Source of the DNA: Auanema rhodensis
Taxonomy: Eukaryota; Animalia; Nematoda
Length of the DNA stretch: 64,000 nucleotides
Assembly (NCBI GenBank): GCA_964057225.1
Contig: OZ059896.1
Coordinates: 2,046,001-2,110,000 of the forward strand
Direction: 5' to 3'
Under the pieces are notes generated by a model that was given only the letters and a program-made list of their open reading frames with translations, was not told where the DNA came from and did no database searches. Below, one piece after another: positions 54,572 through 64,000 of the stretch (its first letter is position 1; each line of letters starts with the position of its first letter). The translations under genes and the position numbers were made by a program.

Positions 54572-57500
54572 TCCATGAACAGGATACGAAAGAAAGTTAT
54601 AACAAGTCATTGAAAAATTAAGTATTAAAAACAAAAAAAAAGTATCAAGAAGCATTTTCAGTAAGAAAACATGAAGAAATTTTAACAAATACAAATAAGA
54701 ATGAGAAAATTATCAAGAGATGCATAACGTATTATAGAGTATCAGTAAACATTTAAAATATGAACAGGTTTCAAAAAAAGTAATATCAATTCATGGGAAA
54801 GTATTAAAAGCAGAGAAGAAGTATCAAGAAGGATTTTCAGTAAGAAAACATGAAGAAATTTTAACAAATACAAAGAAGAATGAGAAAATTATCAAGAGAT
54901 ATATAACGTACTATAGAGTATCAGTAAACATTTTAAATATGAACAGGTTTCAAAAAAAGTTATAACAAGTCATGGTAAAATCAAGTTTTAAAAGCAAAAA
55001 AGAAGTATCAAGAAGGATTTTCAGCAAGAAAACATGAAGAAATTTTAACAAATACAAAGAAGAATGAGAAAATTATCGAAAGATGTACAAATTATACTAG
55101 AGTATCAGTAAACATTTAAAATATGAACAGGTTTCAACAAAAGTAATATCAAGTCATGATAAAATCAAGTATTAAAAACAAAAAAAAAGTATCAAGAAGC
55201 ATTTTCAGTAAGAAAACATGAAGAAATTTTAACAAATACAAAGAAGAATGAGAAAATTATCAAGAGATATATAACGTACTATAGAGTATCAGTAAACATT
55301 TTAAATATGAACAGGTTTCAAAAAAAGTTATAACAAGTCATGGTAAAATCAAGTTTTAAAAGCAAAGAAGAAGTATCAAGAAGGATTTTCAGCAAGAAAA
55401 CATGAAGAAATTTTAACAAATACAAAGAAGAATGAGAAAATTATCGAAAGATGTACAAATTATACTAGAGTATCAGTAAACATTTAAAATATGAACAGGT
55501 TTCAACAAAAGTAATATCAAGTCATGATAAAATCAAGTATTAAAAACAAAAAAAAAGTATCAAGAAGCATTTTCAGTAAGAAAACATGAAGAAATTTTAA
55601 CAAATACAAAGAAGAATGAAAAAATTATCAAGAGATGCATAACGTATTATAGAGTATCAGTAAACATTTTAAATATGAACAGGTTTCAAAAAAAGTTATA
55701 ACAAGTCATGGTAAAATCAAGTTTTAAAAGCAAAGAAGAAGTATCAAGAAGGATTTTCAGTAAGAAAACATGAAGAAATTTTAACAAATACAAAGAAGAA
55801 TGAGAAAATTATCGAAAGATGTACAAAGTATACTAGAGTATCAGTAAACATTTAAAATATGAACAGGTTTCAACAAAAGTAAAATCAAGTCATGATAAAA
55901 TCAAGTATTAAAACAAAAAAAAAGTATCAAGAAGCATTTTCAGTAAGAAAACATGAAGAAATTTTAACAAATACAAAACAGAATGACAAAATTATCGAAA
56001 GATGTACAAAGTATACTAGAGTATCAGTAAACATTTAAAATATGAACAGGTTTCAACAAAAGTAAAATCAAGTCATGATAAAATCAAGTATTAAAAACAA
56101 AAAAAAAGTATCAAGAAGCATTTTCAGTAAGAAAACAGGAAGAAATTTTAACAAATACAAAAAAGAATGAGAAAATTATCAAGAGATGTACAAAATATAC
56201 TAGAGTAAAATATTATTTATTCCATGAACATGATACGAAAGAAAGTTATAACAAGTCATGGTAAAATCAAGTATTGAAAACAAAAAAAAGTATCAAGAAG
56301 CATCTTCAGTAGGAAAACATGAAGAAATTTTAACAAATACAAAAAAGAATGAGAAAATTATCGAAAGATGCATAACATATTATAGAGTATCAGTAAACAT
56401 TTGGAATATGAACAGGTTTCAAAAAAAGTTATAACAAGTCATGGTAAAATCAAGTTTTAAAAGCAAAGAAGAAGTATCAAGAAGGATTTTCAGTAAGAAA
56501 ACATGAAGAAATTTTAACAAATACAAAAAAGAATGAGAAAATTATCGAAAGATGCATAACATATTATAGAGTATCAGTAAACATTTGGAATATGAACAGG
56601 TTTCAAAAAAAGTTATAACAAGTCATGGTAAAATCAAGTTTTAAAAGCAAAGAAGAAGTATCAAGAAGGATTTTCAGTAAGAAAACATGAAGAAATTTTA
56701 ACAAATACAAAGAAGAATGAAAAAATAATCAAGAGATGCATAACGTATTATAGAGTATCAGTAAACATTTTAAATATGAACAGGTTTCAAAAAAAGTTAT
56801 AACAAGTCATGGTAAAATCAAGTTTTAAAAGCAAAGAAGAAGTATCAAGAAGGATTTTCAGTAAGAAAACATGAAGAAATTTTAACAAATACAAAGAAGA
56901 ATGAGAAAATTATCAAGAGATATATAACGTACTATAGAGTATCAGTAAACATTTTAAATATGAACAGGTTTCAAAAAAAGTTATAACAAGTCATGGTAAA
57001 ATCAAGTTTTAAAAGCAAAGAAGAAGTATCAAGAAGGATTTTCAGCAAGAAAACATGAAGAAATTTTAACAAATACAAAGAAGAATGAGAAAATTATCGA
57101 AAGATGTACAAATTATACTAGAGTATCAGTAAACATTTAAAATATGAACAGGTTTCAACAAAAGTAATATCAAGTCATGATAAAATCAAGTATTAAAAAC
57201 AAAAAAAAAGTATCAAGAAGGATTTTCAGTAAGAAAACATGAAGAAATTTTAACAAATACAAAGAAGAATGAAAAAATTATCAAGAGATGCATAACGTAT
57301 TATAGAGTATCAGTAAACATTTTAAATATGAACAGGTTTCAAAAAAAGTTATAACAAGTCATGGTAAAATCAAGTTTTAAAAGCAAAGAAGAAGTATCAA
57401 GAAGGATTTTCAGTAAGAAAACATGAAGAAATTTTAACAAATACAAAGAAGAATGAGAAAATTATCGAAAGATGTACAAAGTATACTAGAGTATCAGTAA

Positions 57501-60500
57501 ACATTTAAAATATGAACAGGTTTCAACAAAAGTAAAATCAAGTCATGATAAAATCAAGTATTAAAACAAAAAAAAAGTATCAAGAAGCATTTTCAGTAAG
57601 AAAACAGGAAGAAATTTTAACAAATACAAAAAAGAATGAGAAAATTATCAAGAGATGTACAAAATATACTAGAGTAAAATATTATTTATTCCATGAACAT
57701 GATACGAAAGAAAGTTATAACAAGTCATGGTAAAATCAAGTATTAAAAACAAAAAAAAGTATCAAGAAGCATCTTCAGTAGGAAAACATGAAGAAATTTT
57801 AACAAATACAAAAAAGAATGAGAAAATTATCGAAAGATGCATAACATATTATAGAGTATCAGTAAACATTTGGAATATGAACAGGTTTCAAAAAAAGTTA
57901 TAACAAGTCATGGTAAAATCAAGTTTTAAAAGCAAAGAAGAAGTATCAAGAAGGATTTTCAGTAAGAAAACATGAAGAAATTTTAACAAATACAAAAAAG
58001 AATGAGAAAATTATCGAAAGATGCATAACATATTATAGAGTATCAGTAAACATTTGGAATATGAACAGGTTTCAAAAAAAGTTATAACAAGTCATGGTAA
58101 AATCAAGTTTTAAAAGCAAAGAAGAAGTATCAAGAAGGATTTTCAGTAAGAAAACATGAAGAAATTTTAACAAATACAAAGAAGAATGAGAAAATTATCA
58201 AGAGATATATAACGTACTATAGAGTATCAGTAAACATTTTAAATATGAACAGGTTTCAAAAAAAGTTATAACAAGTCATGGTAAAATCAAGTTTTAAAAG
58301 CAAAGAAGAAGTATCAAGAAGGATTTTCAGTAAGAAAACATGAAGAAATTTTAACAAATACAAAGAAGAATGAGAAAATTATCGAAAGATGTACAAAGTA
58401 TACTAGAGTATCAGTAAACATTTAAAATATGAACAGGTTTCAACAAAAGTAAAATCAAGTCATGATAAAATCAAGTATTAAAACAAAAAAAAAGTATCAA
58501 GAAGCATTTTCAGTAAGAAAACATGAAGAAATTTTAACAAATACAAAACAGAATGACAAAATTATCGAAAGATGTACAAAGTATACTAGAGTATCAGTAA
58601 ACATTTAAAATATGAACAGGTTTCAACAAAAGTAAAATCAAGTCATGATAAAATCAAGTATTAAAAACAAAAAAAAAGTATCAAGAAGCATTTTCAGTAA
58701 GAAAACAGGAAGAAATTTTAACAAATACAAAAAAGAATGAGAAAATTATCAAGAGATGTACAAAATATACTAGAGTAAAATATTATTTATTCCATGAACA
58801 TGATACGAAAGAAAGTTATAACAAGTCATGGTAAAATCAAGTATTAAAAACAAAAAAAAGTATCAAGAAGCATCTTCAGTAGGAAAACATGAAGAAATTT
58901 TAACAAATACAAAAAAGAATGAGAAAATTATCGAAAGATGCATAACATATTATAGAGTATCAGTAAACATTTGGAATATGAACAGGTTTCAAAAAAAGTT
59001 ATAACAAGTCATGGTAAAATCAAGTTTTAAAAGCAAAGAAGAAGTATCAAGAAGGATTTTCAGTAAGAAAACATGAAGAAATTTTAACAAATACAAAGAA
59101 GAATGAAAAAATTATCAAGAGATGCATAACGTATTATAGAGTATCAGTAAACATTTTAAATATGAACAGGTTTCAAAAAAAGTTATAACAAGTCATGGTA
59201 AAATCAAGTTTTAAAAGCAAAGAAGAAGTATCAAGAAGGATTTTCAGTAAGAAAACATGAAGAAATTTTAACAAATACAAAGAAGAATGAGAAAATTATC
59301 AAGAGATATATAACGTACTATAGAGTATCAGTAAACATTTTAAATATGAACAGGTTTCAAAAAAAGTTATAACAAGTCATGGTAAAATCAAGTTTTAAAA
59401 GCAAAGAAGAAGTATCAAGAAGGATTTTCAGTAAGAAAACATGAAGAAATTTTAACAAATACAAATAAGAATGAGAAAATTATCAAGAGATATATAACGT
59501 ACTATAGAGTATCAGTAAACATTTTAAATATGAACAGGTTTCAAAAAAAGTTATAACAAGTCATGGTAAAATCAAGTTTTAAAAGCAAAGAAGAAGTATC
59601 AAGAAGGATTTTCAGCAAGAAAACATGAAGAAATTTTAACAAATACAAAGAAGAATGAGAAAATTATCAAGAGATATATAACGTACTATAGAGTATCAGT
59701 AAACATTTTAAATATGAACAGGTTTCAAAAAAAGTTATAACAAGTCATGGTAAAATCAAGTTTTAAAAGCAAAGAAGAAGTATCAAGAAGGATTTTCAGC
59801 AAGAAAACATGAAGAAATTTTAACAAATACAAAGAAGAATGAGAAAATTATCGAAAGATGTACAAATTATACTAGAGTATCAGTAAACATTTAAAATATG
59901 AACAGGTTTCAACAAAAGTAATATCAAGTCATGATAAAATCAAGTTTTAAAAGCAAAGAAGAAGTATCAAGAAGGATTTTCAGTAAGAAAACATGAAGAA
60001 ATTTTAACAAATACAAAGAAGAATGAAAAAATTATCAAGAGATGCATAACGTATTATAGAGTATCAGTAAACATTTTAAATATGAACAGGTTTCAAAAAA
60101 AGTTATAACAAGTCATGGTAAAATCAAGTTTTAAAAGCAAAGAAGAAGTATCAAGAAGGATTTTCAGTAAGAAAACATGAAGAAATTTTAACAAATACAA
60201 AAAAGAATGAGAAAATTATCGAAAGATGTACAAAGTATACTAGAGTATCAGTAAACATTTAAAATATGAACAGGTTTCAAAAAAAGTAATATCAATTCAT
60301 GGGAAAATCGAGTTTTAAAAGCAAAGAAGAAGTATCAAGAAGGATTTTCAATAAGAAAACATGAAGAAATTTTAACAAATACAAAGAAGAATGAGAAAAT
60401 TATCAAGAAATGTATAACGTATTATAGAGTATCAGTAAACATTTAAAATATGAACAGGTTTCAAAAAAAGTAATATCAATTCATGGGAAAATCGAGTTTT

Positions 60501-63500
60501 AAAAGCAAAGAAGAAGTATCAAGAAGGATTTTCAGTAAGAAAACATGAAGAAATTTTCAAGAATACAAAGAAGAATGAGAAAATTATCAGGAGATGTACA
60601 AAGTATACTAGAGTAAACTATTATTTATTCCATGAACAGGATACGAAAGAAAGTTATAACAAGTCATGGTAAAATCAAGTATTAAAAACAAAAAAAAGTA
60701 TCAAGAAGCATTTTCAGTAAGAAAACATGAAGAAATTTTAACAAATACAAATAAGAATGAGAAAATTATCAAGAGATATATAACGTACTATAGAGTATCA
60801 GTAAACATTTTAAATATGAACAGGTTTCAAAAAAAGTTATAACAAGTCATGGTAAAATCAAGTTTTAAAAGCAAAGAAGAAGTATCAAGAAGGATTTTCA
60901 GTAAGAAAACATGAAGAAATTTTAACAAATACAAATAAGAATGAGAAAATTATCAAGAAATGTACAAAGTATACTAGAGTAAACTATTATTTATTCCATG
61001 AACAGGATACGAAAGAAAGTTATAACAAGTCATGGTAAAATCAAGTATTAAAAACAAAAAAAAAGTATCAAGAAGCATTTTCAGTAAGAAAACATGAAGA
61101 AATTTTAACAAATACAAATAAGAATGAGAAAATTATCAAGAAATGTACAAAGTATACTAGAGTAAATAATTATTTACTACATGAACAAGATACGAAAGAA
61201 AGTAATATCAAGTCATGATAAAATCAAGTATTAAAAACAAAGAAGAAGTATCAAGAAGGATTTTCAATAAGAAAACATGAAGAAATTTTAACAAATACAA
61301 AGAAGAATGAGAAAATTATCAAGAAATGTATAACGTATTATAGAGTATCAGTAAACATTTAAAATATGAACAGGTTTCAAAAAAAGTAATATCAATTCAT
61401 GGGAAAATCGAGTTTTAAAAGCAAAGAAGAAGTATCAAGAAGGATTTTCAGTAAGAAAACATGAAGAAATTTTTAAGAATACAAAGAAGAATGAGAAAAT
61501 TATCAAGAAATGTACAAAGTATACTAGAGTAAATAATTATTTACTACATGAACAAGATACGAAAGAAAGTAATATCAAGTCATGATAAAATCAAGTTTTA
61601 AAAACAAAAAAAAGTATCAAGAAGCATTTTCAGTAAGAAAACATGAAGAAATTTTAACAAATACAAATAAGAATGAGAAAATTATCAAGAGATATATAAC
61701 GTACTATAGAGTATCAGTAAACATTTTAAATATGAACAGGTTTCAAAAAAAGTTATAACAAGTCATGGTAAAATCAAGTTTTAAAAGCAAAGAAGAAGTA
61801 TCAAGAAGGATTTTCAGCAAGAAAACATGAAGAAATTTTAACAAATACAAAGAAGAATGAGAAAATTATCGAAAGATGTACAAATTATACTAGAGTATCA
61901 GTAAACATTTAAAATATGAACAGGTTTCAACAAAAGTAATATCAAGTCATGATAAAATCAAGTATTGAAAACAAAAAAAAAGTATCAAGAAGGATTTTCA
62001 GTAAGAAAACATGAAGAAATTTTAACAAATACAAAGAAGAATGAAAAAATTATCAAGAGATGCATAACGTATTATAGAGTATCAGTAAACATTTTAAATA
62101 TGAACAGGTTTCAAAAAAAGTTATAACAAGTCATGGTAAAATCAAGTTTTAAAAGCAAAGAAGAAGTATCAAGAAGGATTTTCAGTAAGAAAACATGAAG
62201 AAATTTTAACAAATACAAAAAAGAATGAGAAAATTATCGAAAGATGTACAAAGTATACTAGAGTATCAGTAAACATTTAAAATATGAACAGGTTTCAAAA
62301 AAAGTAATATCAATTCATGGGAAAATCGAGTTTTAAAAGCAAAGAAGAAGTATCAAGAAGGATTTTCAATAAGAAAACATGAAGAAATTTTAACAAATAC
62401 AAAGAAGAATGAGAAAATTATCAAGAAATGTATAACGTATTATAGAGTATCAGTAAACATTTAAAATATGAACAGGTTTCAAAAAAAGTAATATCAATTC
62501 ATGGGAAAATCGAGTTTTAAAAGCAAAGAAGAAGTATCAAGAAGGATTTTCAGTAAGAAAACATGAAGAAATTTTCAAGAATACAAAGAAGAATGAGAAA
62601 ATTATCAGGAGATGTACAAAGTATACTAGAGTAAACTATTATTTATTCCATGAACAGGATACGAAAGAAAGTTATAACAAGTCATGGTAAAATCAAGTAT
62701 TAAAAACAAAAAAAAGTATCAAGAAGCATTTTCAGTAAGAAAACATGAAGAAATTTTAACAAATACAAATAAGAATGAGAAAATTATCAAGAGATATATA
62801 ACGTACTATAGAGTATCAGTAAACATTTTAAATATGAACAGGTTTCAAAAAAAGTTATAACAAGTCATGGTAAAATCAAGTTTTAAAAGCAAAGAAGAAG
62901 TATCAAGAAGGATTTTCAGTAAGAAAACATGAAGAAATTTTAACAAATACAAATAAGAATGAGAAAATTATCAAGAAATGTACAAAGTATACTAGAGTAA
63001 ACTATTATTTATTCCATGAACAGGATACGAAAGAAAGTTATAACAAGTCATGGTAAAATCAAGTATTAAAAACAAAAAAAAAGTATCAAGAAGCATTTTC
63101 AGTAAGAAAACATGAAGAAATTTTAACAAATACAAATAAGAATGAGAAAATTATCAAGAAATGTACAAAGTATACTAGAGTAAATAATTATTTACTACAT
63201 GAACAAGATACGAAAGAAAGTAATATCAAGTCATGATAAAATCAAGTATTAAAAACGAAGAAGAAGTATCAAGAAGGATTTTCAATAAGAAAACATGAAG
63301 AAATTTTAACAAATACAAAGAAGAATGAGAAAATTATCAAGAAATGTATAACGTATTATAGAGTATCAGTAAACATTTAAAATATGAACAGGTTTCAAAA
63401 AAAGTAATATCAATTCATGGGAAAATCGAGTTTTAAAAGCAAAGAAGAAGTATCAAGAAGGATTTTCAGTAAGAAAACATGAAGAAATTTTTAAGAATAC

Positions 63501-64000
63501 AAAGAAGAATGAGAAAATTATCAAGAAATGTACAAAGTATACTAGAGTAAATAATTATTTACTACATGAACAAGATACGAAAGAAAGTAATATCAAGTCA
63601 TGATAAAATCAAGTTTTAAAAACAAAAAAAAGTATCAAGAAGCATTTTCAGTAAGAAAACATGAAGAAATTTTAACAAATACAAATAAGAATGAGAAAAT
63701 TATCAAGAGATATATAACGTACTATAGAGTATCAGTAAACATTTTAAATATGAACAGGTTTCAAAAAAAGTTATAACAAGTCATGGTAAAATCAAGTTTT
63801 AAAAGCAAAGAAGAAGTATCAAGAAGGATTTTCAGTAAGAAAACATGAAGAAATTTTAACAAATACAAAAAAGAATGACAAAATTATCGAAAGATGTACA
63901 AAGTATACTAGAGTATCAGTAAACATTTAAAATATGAACAGGTTTCAACAAAAGTAAAATCAAGTCATGATAAAATCAAGTATTAAAAACAAAAAAAAAG
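54572..64000. repeat. Tandem satellite array SatB, 184-bp monomer (182-184 bp), about 51 copies, open at the window's right edge
   Basis: The anchor gtatcaagaag occurs at 55005, 55189, 55373, 55557, 55741 (step 184), then 55924, 56108, 56290, 56474 and onward. The + strand is strongly A/purine-rich, and two monomer subtypes are present. Confidence 0.99.
59960..63820. repeat. 11-monomer (2018-bp) higher-order duplication in SatB (boundaries approximate)
   Basis: Private markers recur 2018 bp apart: gggaaaatcgag at 60301/62319 and gaaattttcaagaatac at 60550/62568. The ttactacatgaacaag and tttttaagaatac variants also occur in both copies. Confidence 0.9.

Noticed and set aside
57545-57733. 62-aa Lys-rich ORF in SatB
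   Set aside because: It is a chance frame through one A-rich monomer and is not open in neighbouring copies.
1-64000. CRISPR array or prokaryotic repeat system
   Set aside because: There are no unique spacers, the repeats are 351 and 184 bp and contiguous, there are no cas genes, and the histone elements indicate a eukaryote.

Overview
This is eukaryotic, AT-rich, non-coding satellite DNA with no intact protein-coding gene. Positions 1-52556 are a homogeneous head-to-tail array of a 351-bp monomer (about 150 copies, here SatA). Positions 54572-64000 are a different array of a 184-bp monomer (182-184 bp, about 51 copies, here SatB). The ~2 kb between them is a rearranged patchwork built on a piece of a replication-dependent histone gene cluster. 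It holds two copies of a histone mRNA 3' stem-loop (CCAAC-GGCCCT-CTTT-AGGGCC-ACA, the C. elegans-type loop), each fused directly to the end of SatA. It also holds a CCAAT/TATA promoter followed by only the first ~11 codons of histone H4, an inverted 24-bp piece of the histone 3' UTR, and two inverted blocks of SatB, one of which forms a fold-back with the main SatB array. The repeated 63-aa ORFs in the track are by-products of the repeat: they start at TTG and are broken in many copies. The most interesting hypothesis is that orphaned histone signals could transcribe or process satellite RNA. The SatA monomer also carries several hairpins, including a 51-nt one. A nematode host is inferred only from the stem-loop sequence.
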